From: an uncultured Gemmatimonadaceae bacterium
Lineage (GTDB): Bacteria > Gemmatimonadota > Gemmatimonadetes > Gemmatimonadales > Gemmatimonadaceae
Assembly (NCBI GenBank): GCA_963790305.1
Contig: CAWBOC010000005.1
Span: 320,001-384,000, forward strand
Direction: 5' to 3'
DNA: 64,000 nucleotides
Each line of letters begins with the position of its first letter. Within the stretch, counting starts at the first letter, position 1. Shown piece after piece: positions 28,968-39,856 of this stretch. A program made the position numbers and the translations under genes. Below the pieces are notes generated by a model. The model was not told the DNA's origin. It saw nothing but the letters and a program-made list of their open reading frames with translations, and ran no database searches.

Positions 28968-29633
28968 TCAGCGAACGCCGATCGGCGAGGGGACGGGGAG
29001 CGTGAGGCGAACGTCCGGATGCACCGACGCCGCCTGCTCGAGAAGCGAAGCGTAACGCCGGTCGAGACCCCGCTTTTCCTCGCCGGGGAGGGGATGCACA
29101 ACAATCTTCGTGCCCGTACTTACCGCTCGGGCTTGCTCAATCAGTCGCAGCACCAGGGGATCCGCAACGCCTTCGCGCAAGGGCAGGACGAGGGCGTGTT
29201 CCAGCTTTGCTTGTGCGGCCGCGGCCAGCATCTCGAGCGCGCGGTCACTGGATGCTGACGGCGCACCGAAGTCGATCGTCACTTGAACCATCGTCAGCGC
29301 GAACGCCAGCTCTGGCACGGCCTCCGGACGCGCGACATCCGCGTCGAGCATGACCGGCAGCGGAGGTGCCTTCTGCTGAAAGGTGGCAAGGAGAAAGTTC
29401 ACCCCCACCAGGGGGTCGCGACCCGCCAGGGAAATGGAGTGCGGACGCGATCGCTCGAGGGCGCGCTCCATGTGCCGGATCATCGTGTCCGGCGTGTACA
29501 TCGTCGCCGTCTCGGCTTCGCCGGCGAACCGAACGAAAAGCTGTCGATATCCCGCCCACACCCCGTACGCCTGAACGCCCGATGCGATGCCGCTGAGGGC
29601 GGCGGTAGCGGGGTTCCGGCGTGTCGCCGTCAC
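28968..29633 (-). CDS. QueE-like protein lacking the radical-SAM cysteine triad (probable pseudoenzyme)
   Basis: SGVQAYGVWAGYRQLFVRFAG, HSISLAGRDPL and terminal DVRLTLP..IGVR parallel QueE motifs; no Cys in 221 aa. Confidence 0.65.
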   Translation of the reverse strand: MTATRRNPATAALSGIASGVQAYGVWAGYRQLFVRFAGEAETATMYTPDTMIRHMERALERSRPHSISLAGRDPLVGVNFLLATFQQKAPPLPVMLDADVARPEAVPELAFALTMVQVTIDFGAPSASSDRALEMLAAAAQAKLEHALVLPLREGVADPLVLRLIEQARAVSTGTKIVVHPLPGEEKRGLDRRYASLLEQAASVHPDVRLTLPVPSPIGVR

Positions 29634-30646
29634 TTCTTCGGCCTCGTCTCGAGTGCCAGGCGTACGATGCGCTCACACAGCAGCGGGAAGGGAATGCCGT
29701 GCGCCGCCGCCGCTTGTGGGATGAGTGACGTCTCGGTCATTCCCGGAAGCGTATTCGCCTCGAGGCAGAAGAACTTTCCCTGAGGCGTCATGCGAAAGTC
29801 AATGCGCGCATACCCGCCCAGCTTGAGCGCACGAAATGCGAGCAGCGCCTGCTGCTGCACATCCATGGTCTCACCCGGCGACAGCTTGGCGGGGAATTCT
29901 TCCTCCGCCATTCCCTTCGTGTACTTGCACTCGTAATCGTAGATCTCGTGCTTCGGGATGATCTCTCCAACTGGCAGCGCCTGGTCTCCGAGAATCCCCA
30001 CCGTGAGCTCGCGCCCGGGAACGAACGCCTCGATCATCACTTCGTCGTCGTACTTGAGCGCTTCGTTGATCGCTGGCTTGAGCTGTGTGGATTCCTTCAC
30101 CAGCGTGAGCCCCACTGTCGATCCCTGCTTCGAGGGCTTCACGATCACCGGGAACCCCAGCGCTGACTCCACTTCAGGCGCCGTCGCAGGGGCCATCAGC
30201 CAATCGGCCGTGCCCACACCGGCGGCGCGAAAGAGATGCTTCGACAGATCCTTATCCATCGCGAGCGCGCTCGCGAGGTGCCCACTTCCTGTGTACACCA
30301 CACCGACCATGTCGAGTAAGGCCTGCACCGTGCCGTCCTCTCCCTGACCACCGTGCAGCGCAAGGAAGACGACGTCGGCCTCTCGTATTGCCGATATCGT
30401 GCCCAGCGATGGAGACAGTGAGGTGCGCGTCATTTGGGCGAGTGCATCCAGCGAAGGCGGGGCGGCCTTCACCACTCCGCCCGCGAGCAGCTCCTGCTCC
30501 TCTGCTTCATCGATCGCGCCGCGCGCCGTATCGAACGACGTAACCTCGTGCCCTTTCGAGCGCAGTGCCTGCGCAATCCGCAGCCCGGAGGCCAGCGAAA
30601 CATCGCGCTCGGCCGACGTGCCGCCCATCAATACCGTGATTTTCAT
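29630..30646 (-). CDS. ddl: D-alanine--D-alanine ligase
   Basis: MGGTSAERDVS, LHGGQGEDG, KPSKQGSTVG, YDYECKY, EANTLPGMT. Confidence 0.95.
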   Translation of the reverse strand: MKITVLMGGTSAERDVSLASGLRIAQALRSKGHEVTSFDTARGAIDEAEEQELLAGGVVKAAPPSLDALAQMTRTSLSPSLGTISAIREADVVFLALHGGQGEDGTVQALLDMVGVVYTGSGHLASALAMDKDLSKHLFRAAGVGTADWLMAPATAPEVESALGFPVIVKPSKQGSTVGLTLVKESTQLKPAINEALKYDDEVMIEAFVPGRELTVGILGDQALPVGEIIPKHEIYDYECKYTKGMAEEEFPAKLSPGETMDVQQQALLAFRALKLGGYARIDFRMTPQGKFFCLEANTLPGMTETSLIPQAAAAHGIPFPLLCERIVRLALETRPKK

Positions 30647-30712
30647 GGTTACAGAAGAATGTTCGGAGCGCCGCAGGCGGGCAAGCAACACCGCCGCATG
30701 CGCACGCGTGGA

Positions 30713-31330
30713 TCAGTCGGCGAGTGCGCTCGAGGTGCTGCGTTGCATTCGCCAGCACGCGCGTGCGGGCGATGTCATGCGACGCGAGAGACCTTCGTCG
30801 TCACCGTCGACCGTTCGCACGAGGCGAACGAGATCGCCGCCCGGCGAGGCAGGCCAGTCGTTCGCATCCATCGTGCCCGAGGCACGCACCATCACGTGCG
30901 CGACATCGCCATCGTCGGAGAAACCAATGTCACCGAGCTCGAGAACGAGCAGTCCTTCACTCGGCTCGGCACCGAGCGATGCGTACATCTTTGGACCGCG
31001 AGGACGAGCGATTCGGGCGAGAATGCCGCGCCGGCCGAGCTCCTGCCGGATAGCGTCCGCGGGCGGTGCATTTCTGGTTTGGGGAAGTCGCACTTCAGCG
31101 GATGGTTTCCCCCCGTCGGCGCGCGGATGGCACTGTCCCGTCGCGTCGAGGACGCAGACTCTCTCCGCCACGACGCGGGTGTAGATCGCGATCGTGCGAG
31201 CCAGTGCTCCGTGTTCAGCCCGCTCGCACCCCACGTCACGCGAGGCGAGCCGTCGCGCCTGTCCGGCGGACAGGTTCGTGGCGCAGCCAGCCAGGGCGAG
31301 GAGCGAGAGATATCGAAGGAAATGGCGCAT
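30713..31330 (-). CDS. Hypothetical lipoprotein
   Basis: Lipobox LALAGC; no recognised domain. Confidence 0.55.
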   Translation of the reverse strand: MRHFLRYLSLLALAGCATNLSAGQARRLASRDVGCERAEHGALARTIAIYTRVVAERVCVLDATGQCHPRADGGKPSAEVRLPQTRNAPPADAIRQELGRRGILARIARPRGPKMYASLGAEPSEGLLVLELGDIGFSDDGDVAHVMVRASGTMDANDWPASPGGDLVRLVRTVDGDDEGLSRRMTSPARACWRMQRSTSSALAD

Positions 31331-31449
31331 CTAGTCTCGAGGCGGGCGGGTGCCCTCTGGGCAGGGCTTGCGGCAAGCAACACGGCTCGTCTTGGGGGGA
31401 TGACGAAGCCCGCACTGGGGGCGTAACGGTCGCGGCTGCCTGAGGCGGC

Positions 31450-31908
31450 GTGTACATTATGCCGATGCCCCTCTCGCCGATCTCCTTACTACTCACGGCC
31501 TTGGCCCTTGCTGCCTGCATGGACCAGGCGACAACGCAGAAGGCACTCGAATCACTCGGCGCCTCCGGCCCGCGCCCCGACGTCATGCCCGCGATGCTCA
31601 ATGAGACGCTTCCCTTTCGGTACCCACCGGCGCTCTTTGCACAGAAGGTCCAGGGAAACGTCACGCTGCGGATCTTCATCGACAGTACCGGCGCCGTGCT
31701 CTCCGACTCCACCTCGGTCGAGGAGTCGTCCGGATATCCGGGCCTCGATTCCGCGGCGGTGAAGGGAGCCGAAACGCTGCGCTATCAGCCGGCGATGCTC
31801 GGTGGGAATCCAATCGGGGTGTCGATTCTGCTGCCGGTGTACTTTCGCCATCCCGAGATGCCGCCGCTTCCTGGCGACACCCTCCTCAATCGCACGCGTC
31901 AGCGTTGA
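31450..31908 (+). CDS. TonB C-terminal domain protein with lipoprotein-like N-terminus
   Basis: YPPALFAQKVQGNVTLRIFID, SSGYPGLDSAA, YQPA..GG.PI.V...LPVYF; LALAAC. Confidence 0.8.
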   Translation: MYIMPMPLSPISLLLTALALAACMDQATTQKALESLGASGPRPDVMPAMLNETLPFRYPPALFAQKVQGNVTLRIFIDSTGAVLSDSTSVEESSGYPGLDSAAVKGAETLRYQPAMLGGNPIGVSILLPVYFRHPEMPPLPGDTLLNRTRQR

Positions 31909-33327
31909 ATGACCATCCACACCGAATTGCTGGCGAGCCTCGAGCGTAACCGACGTCCCTACGACGACGTCCTCGCGACCATCGGATGGACGCCGCTCAT
32001 CCGCCTGAACAAGATCACGCGCGGGATGCGCTCGCGCGTCTACGGCAAGGCGGAGTTCTTCAACCCCGGTGGCTCGGTGAAGGACCGCATCGGGATGCCG
32101 ATCATCGACCGCGCCGAGCGTGAAGGCCGTCTGAAGCCGGGCGGTACCATCGTGGAGGGAACGAGCGGAAACACGGGTGTCGGGCTCGCGATTGCCGCCG
32201 CCATCAAGGGATATCGCTGCATTTTCACGATGCCCGACAAGATGTCGCAGGAGAAAGTGCGACTGCTGAAGGCCTTCGGGGCCGAAGTCATTATCACCCC
32301 CACCGCGGTGCCACCCGATCATCCGGACAATTACGTGATGATGGCCAAGCGCATCGCGGAGGAAACGCCGAACGCGATCCTGGCGAACCAGTTCTACAAC
32401 GACGCGAATCCCGAAGCGCACTATGCGACCACGGGTCCCGAGATCTGGGAGCAGACCGAGGGGCGGATTACTCATTTCGTGTCGTCAGCCGGAACGGGCG
32501 GAACGACCACCGGCGCCGGGCGCTACCTGAAGGAGAGAAATCCCAAGGTGCAGGTGATCGTCGGCGATCCGGTGGGATCCATTCTCGCCGAGCTGTGGCG
32601 GAGCAAGGGACAGACGAAGCCGGAAGGCGTTCCGTACAAGGTCGAGGGCGTGGGCCAGGACAAGCTGCCTGGAACGCTCGACCTCTCCGTCATCGACGAA
32701 TATCAGACGGTGAGCGATCGTGACTCGTTCGCCATGGCGCGCCGCCTGACGAGAGAAGAAGGGCTGTTCGTCGGGGGCTCGTCCGGGCTCATCACGCATG
32801 TCGCGCTCAACGTCGCGCGCCGCCTCGACGACCCGAATACGGTGGTCGTTGCCCTGCTCTGCGACACGGGGGAGCGCTACCTCTCGAAGCTGTACAGCGA
32901 TGAGTGGATGCGCGAGAACCAGATGATGGAGCCGGACAAGCTCACGCTGCAATCGCTGCTCACGCGAAAGGATGGCGACACCCCGTCGGTGGTGAGCATC
33001 GCGTCCGGAGCCACGGTGCGTCAGGCGCTGCGCCTGATGACGCTGCACGACGTCTCACAGCTTCCGGTGATGGACGGCGACAGCTGCGTTGGATCCGTGA
33101 GCGACTGGTCCCTCTCAGCAAAGAGCTTGGAGAACACCAAGCTGCTCGACGCGACGATGAGCGACATCATGGAGGCGCCATTTCCGGTCGTCGAGTCGAC
33201 GCAGTCGGTCGACGCGATCGCCAAGCTCCTGTCGAAGGCCAACCCCGCCGTCCTGGTCCGCAGTGGCGGCCGCCTCGCTGGGATCGTCACGCGCTCCGAC
33301 GTCCTTCAAGTCATGATGGCACGGTGA
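31909..33327 (+). CDS. Cystathionine beta-synthase (PLP enzyme with CBS pair)
   Basis: NPGGSVKDRI, GTSGNTG, GTGGT, VGGSSG, ERYLSK; two C-terminal CBS domains. Confidence 0.92.
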   Translation: MTIHTELLASLERNRRPYDDVLATIGWTPLIRLNKITRGMRSRVYGKAEFFNPGGSVKDRIGMPIIDRAEREGRLKPGGTIVEGTSGNTGVGLAIAAAIKGYRCIFTMPDKMSQEKVRLLKAFGAEVIITPTAVPPDHPDNYVMMAKRIAEETPNAILANQFYNDANPEAHYATTGPEIWEQTEGRITHFVSSAGTGGTTTGAGRYLKERNPKVQVIVGDPVGSILAELWRSKGQTKPEGVPYKVEGVGQDKLPGTLDLSVIDEYQTVSDRDSFAMARRLTREEGLFVGGSSGLITHVALNVARRLDDPNTVVVALLCDTGERYLSKLYSDEWMRENQMMEPDKLTLQSLLTRKDGDTPSVVSIASGATVRQALRLMTLHDVSQLPVMDGDSCVGSVSDWSLSAKSLENTKLLDATMSDIMEAPFPVVESTQSVDAIAKLLSKANPAVLVRSGGRLAGIVTRSDVLQVMMAR

Positions 33328-33332
33328 AAGAC

Positions 33333-33425
33333 CAAGGGCTGCGACCTGCGAGCTGCGAACTGCGAACACTGCTTGTATGAGCATCCCGACGCCGTTAGTT
33401 CGCAGCTCGCAGGTCGCAGCCCTTG
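33333..33425. repeat. Perfect 29-bp inverted repeat built of CTGCGA(A/G/C) heptamers
   Basis: CAAGGGCTGCGACCTGCGAGCTGCGAACT (33333-33361) and its exact reverse complement (33397-33425). Confidence 0.9.
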
Positions 33426-35927
33426 CTTTGGCGCTTTTCATCGGCTTCCGCGGCTTCGCCCCCGCGCCGCCGGTCGGACCGTTCCTCGATCCCGTTCACG
33501 GTGTGTGGGCGGTTGCGCGCGGCTCTGAATTATCGGTGCGCAATGCGGGGCACGTGCCGGCGCTAGGCGCTGACGTCCGAGTCATCTACGATGACCGCGG
33601 CGTTCCCCACATCTTCGCCACCTCCGTCGAGGACGCCACGCGAGCCCTCGGCTTCGTCGTCGCACGCGACCGGCTCTTTCAGATGGAGCTCGCGACGCGC
33701 GCCGCCGCCGGTCGTCTCACCGAGATCGCCGGAGCGCGTGCGCTCGAGGTAGACCGAGCGCAACGATCGCTGGGCTTACCCTGGGCCGCCGAACGAAAGC
33801 TCGCCGCCATTGATACGACGAGCGCCGGATGGCGCCTGATGAAGGCGTACGCCGAGGGTGTAAACGCGTGGATTGGAAACATGGGCGAGGAGGATGTGCC
33901 GCTCGAGTACCATTTGCTCGGCGTGCGTCCGTCGCGTTGGGAACCGGTGCAGTCGATTCATCTGCTCAACCGCATGGCGTGGACGCTCGCGCACGGCGAC
34001 ATCGAGCTGCGGATGCGTCAGGTGGAGGCGCTGGTCGGACGCGAAGCGACGGCGGCGCTCTTTCCGCGCAACAGCCCGATTCAGGAGCCGATCGTGCCCA
34101 ATGGGCGGCGGGAGCCGCGAGTCGATGTGTCGACGCTTCCCGCCCCACGAATGCCAGACGCGCGCGAAGCCAATGTCATCAGCGCGCTCGACGGTTTCCG
34201 GGAGCGGCTTCGCCTCATCGACGCCGGGCTGGACGAGCCCGGGGATGCGCTCGGAAGCAACAACTGGGCTGTGTCGCCAAGCCGCACGCGGGATGGTCAT
34301 GCGCTGCTCGCGGGCGACCCGCACCTCGAGCTCACTCTCCCGTCCATCTGGTACGAGGCGCACCTCGTCGTTCCCGGTGAGATCGACCTCTATGGCGTGA
34401 CCATTCCGGGCTCTCCAGGCATCGTCATTGGGTTCAATCGCGATGTCGCATGGTCCTTCACCAACGTCGAGTCCGACGTCATGGACTATTTCGTCGAAGT
34501 CGTCGACGACCCGCGGCACCCTACGCGATATCGGCTCGATGGCGTGTGGAAACCGCTCGGATCGCGGGTTGAGCGCTACCGCGACAAGCGCGGCGACGTC
34601 GTCGCCACCGACACGGTGTTGTACACGCACCGCGGCCCGCTCACGCGAGAAGGCATGCTCTGGATCTCGACACGGTGGACGGCCCACGACACGACCAACG
34701 AAAGTGACGCGCTTGCGCGCGCCGCGCGCAGTCGTTCAGTACAGCAGTGGCTGGACGCGATGGCGACCTTTTCCGTGCCGGCGCAGAACGGCATCGTCGC
34801 CGACCGATCGGGAACGATCGCGATTCGCTCGACGGGTCGCTTTCCCATCCGCGCTCCTGGCGCACGCGGTGACAGGCTTCAGGACGGCTCATCGACCGCC
34901 AACGATTGGCGCGGTGCGTTGCCGCTTTCGCGCTATCCCTTCGCCATGGATCCGGCGCAGGGCTACCTCGCCTCGGCCAACCAGCAGCCGGTCGATCCTC
35001 GCGTGGACTCGACGTACCTCGGCGCGCACTGGTACTCGCCGTGGAGAGCGATGCGCATTAACGCGCTGTTGCGCGTCAATGCCAGTGTCACCCCTGAGGC
35101 AATGCAGCAGTACCAAACGGACCCTGGGAGTGCCCGGGCCGAGGCGTTCGCTCCAGCAATGGTTGCTGCGGCGGCGGCCATTCGTGCTTCGGGGCGAGGC
35201 GATCCCACGCTCGATACCGCCGCACGGCTGCTCGCGGAATGGGACCGTCGATACACGAAGGAAAACGAGCACGCTGTACTGTTCGAATCGATCATGAGCG
35301 CGCTGCAGGAGCTCGCCTGGGATGAGCTCGCTCGGCCGGCCCGGCCGGTGGTGCGAAATGAGCGTCGACGCGCCGTGCGTGCCCGCACCTCACCCCCGCG
35401 AGTCGATACCCCAGCCGACCAGAATGCTCGCTCTTCTGCTGCGCGATCCGTTGAGCCCCTGGTGGGACGTCCGCGGAACGCAACAGATCGTCGAGCGACG
35501 TGACGACATCCTTGCTGCCGCAATGCGCGAAGGATATCGGCGTGTGCGCGAGCGCCATGGCAGTCCTGCCAATGGAAGCTGGCGCTGGGAGCGCGTGCAC
35601 CACGCGAACATTTACCACATTCTTCGCCTCGAACCCCTGTCCCGGTTGGATGTGCCGGTTCAGGGGGGGCCATCGACCCTGAGCCCGTCATCGGGTGAAG
35701 GCCGATTCGGCGCCAGCTGGCGCATGGTCGTCGAGCTCGGCCCCACCGTTCGGGCGTGGACGATCTATCCTGGCGGGCAATCGGGAAATGCCGCCTCCAG
35801 TCGTTATGCGGACCGGGTAGCCCGCTGGTCGGCCGGAACGCTCGACCCCGTGCTCCTTCCACGAGCGGAAGGGGAGATTCCGGCGGACCGCATCGTCGCT
35901 CGGCTTACGCTCTCGAAAGAGCACTAG
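33377..35927 (+). CDS. Penicillin acylase family Ntn-hydrolase, split by a +1 frameshift near 35423
   Basis: DDRGVPHIFA, ARDRLFQM, GSNNWAV, GDPHL, SANQQP; C-terminal GASWRMVVEL, YPGGQSGN in the second frame. Confidence 0.9.
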
Positions 35928-36277
35928 TGCGCTTCGCACTTCGCGTTCTCCTGCTCGCTCTCTCGTTTGCGATCGGAACGTGGATTCTCGGGTGGTGGTC
36001 GGTTCCGCTCTTCGCCGCGGTGGCGGGAGTGATGGCGCGCCACGTTCGCCATCAGGGAATCGCCGCCGGTCTGGCGGCCGCCCTTGCGTGGGCAGCGTTG
36101 CTCGGATGGAGTGCGAGTCAGGGCTCGGTGTTGTCGTTCAGCCGCGTTGCCGGCGGGGCAATGGGCATCTCCGGCGTAGCACTGATTCTCGTGACGCTGC
36201 TGTTTCCCGCAGCGCTGGCGTGGCTGGCTACTGCGGTCGCGCAATTCCTCGCCCGAGGAAAACCCGTCACAAACTGA
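35927..36277 (+). CDS. Small membrane protein
   Basis: 3-4 hydrophobic segments; GTG overlaps the acylase stop. Confidence 0.7.
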   Translation: MRFALRVLLLALSFAIGTWILGWWSVPLFAAVAGVMARHVRHQGIAAGLAAALAWAALLGWSASQGSVLSFSRVAGGAMGISGVALILVTLLFPAALAWLATAVAQFLARGKPVTN

Positions 36278-36394
36278 TGTTCGCCTTGCCTCGAAGCGGC
36301 CGGTGACCCTAACGTGAGTGCGAGCGCGGCAGATCTTAACGTGCCGCCGGACGACGCGTCTACCTGGGCGTCTTCCTTCCACTAGGACGGTCCC

Positions 36395-37189
36395 ATGCGT
36401 AGGCCAGTTCTCCTCGTCGCCTCTCTCCTCATTCTGGGCAGCGTTACTGCGTGTGCGAATGACGCGACTGCGCCGTCGGAGGATGAGATTGATGCGACCG
36501 CTGAAGCGCTTGCCCTTGCCGAAGGATTGGGGTTACCAGGCACGAATGCCGATCGGGAGACGGGTTCCGCTCCCACCGGCACCGCGCGTCAGCCCTGCCG
36601 ATACAATGAAGCCGAGGGGCGGTGGGTCTGCCCACCGATCACACGCGATGGGCTGACGTTCCGGCGCTCGTTCGCGTACGCCAATGGCGATGGCAACCCT
36701 ATGCGTCGCTACGACGCGCTCCTCACTGCGGCGACGAATACACGGAACGCGGTCTCTGGAACGCTGCAACGCGAGAGCGCGACGGTCGCCATTCGCAGCG
36801 CAGGCGAGATGACCGTCGGCGGACTGCTCGGTGAGGAGACGACGCACATCCTCCATGGACGAGAGGTCGGGCAACGCACGACCGAGCTTGTCACCGATCG
36901 GGGCGCGGCGAGCTCCGTGGTGCAGTTCGCCAATCGGACCGTTGCGGTGGTGATTCCCGTGGTCCGGCGCGACGGACGCATGTTGCCCAGTCGCAGCTGG
37001 CCCCTTTCAGGCCACGTGATTCGCGAGCACGTCGTATCGCTGACACGCAATGGCGAAACGAACACGGAGCGTTGGCGCGAAACGACGGCCTTCAACGGTA
37101 CCGCGATCGTGCCCGTGGAGATCGTCAGCTCTCACGGAACGAGGAGCTGTCTCCGAAATCTCGAGACCGGTATGATGCGGTGCGAATGA
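36395..37189 (+). CDS. Hypothetical lipoprotein
   Basis: Lipobox VTAC; beta-rich body with paired Cys. Confidence 0.7.
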   Translation: MRRPVLLVASLLILGSVTACANDATAPSEDEIDATAEALALAEGLGLPGTNADRETGSAPTGTARQPCRYNEAEGRWVCPPITRDGLTFRRSFAYANGDGNPMRRYDALLTAATNTRNAVSGTLQRESATVAIRSAGEMTVGGLLGEETTHILHGREVGQRTTELVTDRGAASSVVQFANRTVAVVIPVVRRDGRMLPSRSWPLSGHVIREHVVSLTRNGETNTERWRETTAFNGTAIVPVEIVSSHGTRSCLRNLETGMMRCE

Positions 37190-37194
37190 AGAGC

Positions 37195-37255
37195 CAATGC
37201 GGAATGCGGAATAGGAGCTCCTCACTCCTTGTTCCGCATTCCGCGTTCCGCATTG
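37195..37255. repeat. Heptamer-built inverted repeat (GGAATGC type) overlapping the mutS 3' end
   Basis: CAATGCGGAATGCGGAA ... TTCCGCATTCCGCGTTCCGCATTG. Confidence 0.85.
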
Positions 37256-39856
37256 ACCTCGTTGACTAGCTCGCCAAGCAACTGAATCGCCTGCAGCGGC
37301 GTCATCGCGTTCGGATCGAGGGATCGCAAGCGTTCGACGACCGGATGTGGGGCGGTGGGGAGCGAGAGGCTGAGCTGCTCGTCAGGCGCCGCCACGTGCG
37401 CTTTCCCGCTGGCGGAGCTCGCCGCCACGAGAATGACCACCCTCGAGCAGCCGGAGAATCCCCCGCGCTCGCGTCAACACTGCCGCCGGAAGCCCCGCAA
37501 GACGACCAACCTCGATGCCGTAGGACCGGTCCGCCCCGCCCGGTCGGAGCCGGTGGAGGAACAGCACTTCGCCTCCAACGTCGCGAACATCCACCGTGTA
37601 GTTGCGGACTCCAGCGAGCTCATCGGCCAGCTGCGTTAGCTCGTGATAGTGCGTGGCGAAAACCGTCTTGCACCCTACCGCATCATGCAGATGCTCGCTG
37701 ACCGCCCACGCGATGGACACTCCGTCGTACGTCGACGTCCCGCGGCCAATCTCGTCGAGCAGCACGAGGCTCCGCCGAGTCGCCGTGTGCAGGATGGCGC
37801 TCGTCTCCGACATCTCCACCATGAACGTGGACTGACCTCGTACGAGATTGTCGCTGGCCCCAACACGCGTGAACAACCGGTCGACGACACCGAGTCGCGC
37901 GCGCTGTGCGGGCACGAAGCTGCCGATCTGCGCCAACAGCACGATGAGCCCGACCTGGCGCAGAATCGTGGACTTGCCGGCCATGTTCGGACCGGTGAGC
38001 ACGATGAGGCGCGCGTCCTCCGTCAGCGTGACGTCATTCGGGATGAACTTGTCCCGAGGCATCATGCGCTCGACCACCGGGTGCCGCCCCGCCGTGATCT
38101 CCAGCGCGAACTCGTCCGTCATCTCGGGCCGTGTGTAGCCCTCTCGCTCCGCGACCTCGGCAAGCGCCGCCAGCACATCCAGCTGCGCCAGCAGCGAGGC
38201 GGCACACTGCAGACGGGCGATGCTGCGTCCCAATCGCTCCCGCAACGCTTCGATTAGCACTCGCTCGCGGGCCTCGATGCGCTCGGCGGCCGTCAGCACC
38301 TTCTCCTCGAAATCCTTCAGCTCCGGAGTGACGTATCGCTCGGCGCCAGACAGGGTCTGGCGGCGCTGATAGTCCGGGGGGACGAGATGCGCATTCGAGT
38401 TCGTGATCTCAATGTAATACCCGAACACTCGGTTGAACCCGACTTTGAGCGATGAGATGCCCGTCCGCTCTCGTTCTCGGGCCTGGATCCCGGCAATGCC
38501 ATCCCGTCCACCATCACGGATCGCCCGCAGCTCGTCCAGCTCCGCATCCACACCCGCGCGTACGGCCGGCTCGTCACCGATCGTGGCCGGTGGCCGTTCT
38601 ACGAGAGTGCGTGTAACCTCGTCCGCCAGCTCCGCGCATCCGTCCCACGTGCCAAGCACGTCCGCCAGCACCCCGCGCGGAGCCATTCGCCGAACTGCTG
38701 CCTCCACCGCCGGCATTCGCCCTAACGACGCTCCCAGGGCACCGATCTCCCGTGGAGTGGCACGGCCAGCCGCTGTCTTGCCCGCGAGCCGCTCGACATC
38801 GCGTACGCCATCGAGCGCATCGCGCAGCGCGTGCCGGGAGATGAGATCGTTCGCCAGGGCCGCCACCGCGTCGAGTCGGCGATCGATCGCTTGGCGATCG
38901 ACGAGCGGCGCGAGGATCCATTGGCGCAGCAGGCGCGCCCCCATTGGCGTACTCGTCCGATCCAGAACGCCGAGCAGTGTGCCGGAGATGTCCCGCCCGC
39001 GCATCGATTCCACGAGCTCGAGATTGCGTCGCGTCATCTCGTCGATCGGCATCGTCGAGCCGGCGCGTTCAATGACTGGACGGGCGAGATGGGGAACGCC
39101 TGCGGGCTGTAGCTCTCGCAGGTAGCGAAGCAGGGCGCCGGCCGCTGCGATCGCAAGGTCATCGCCCGGGCCGATCCCGAATCCCTCCAGGGAATGCACC
39201 CCGAATTGCCGGGCGAGCTCGGGCCGCGCAAGGTCGGCGTCGAATTCCCACGGCTCGCGCTCGGTGACGAGCGCGTCTTCCTCACGTCCGGGTGGGCGCA
39301 CCGCGTTGGGGGCGCGTGCGCCGCGTGGAACGACGACCTCGGTTGGGGAGAGCCGCGCGAGGATCGAGTCGAGATCTGCCAATGCGACGATCGCGAGCCG
39401 TGTCTCTCCAGTGGACACGTCCGCCGCAGCCAGCCCGACTCGATCGTCGCGGACGATCATCGCGCAGAGGAAATTGTTGCGCGCGCCCTCGAGCAGGTCA
39501 TCGGAGAAGGCGGCGCCTGGCGTAATCGTCTCGATCACCTCGCGGCGGACAATCCCCTTCGCGAGTCGCGGATCCTCCACCTGCTCGCAGATGGCGACCC
39601 GGAATCCGTGCTTCACGAGCCGGCGGAGGTATTCGTTGACTGCCTTCACCGGGACTCCAGCCAGCGGCACGTCGGAGGCGCCACCGTTATGCCGCGCGGT
39701 GAGCGTGAGGCCGAGCACACGGGATGCCACTTCCGCATCCTCGTAGAACATCTCGTAGAAGTCACCCATCCGGAAGAAAAGAATCGCGTCCTGGTGACGC
39801 GCCTTGATCTCCCGATACTGCTGCATGAGGGGCGTTGACGCCTCCCGCGTCGTCAC
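37222..39856 (-). CDS. mutS: DNA mismatch repair protein MutS, +1 frameshift near 37432 in the C-terminal linker
   Basis: TPLMQQY, FFRMGDFYEMF, TGPNMAGKST, DEIGRGTST, SYGIEVG; tail QLSL...LDPNAMTPLQA in ORF 37222..37440. Confidence 0.96.

Noticed and set aside
37222..39856. mutS pseudogene or mutator explaining the frameshifts, or programmed frameshifting
   Set aside because: The break is after the ATPase domain, and the shared non-slippery motif across unrelated genes fits a systematic sequencing error better.
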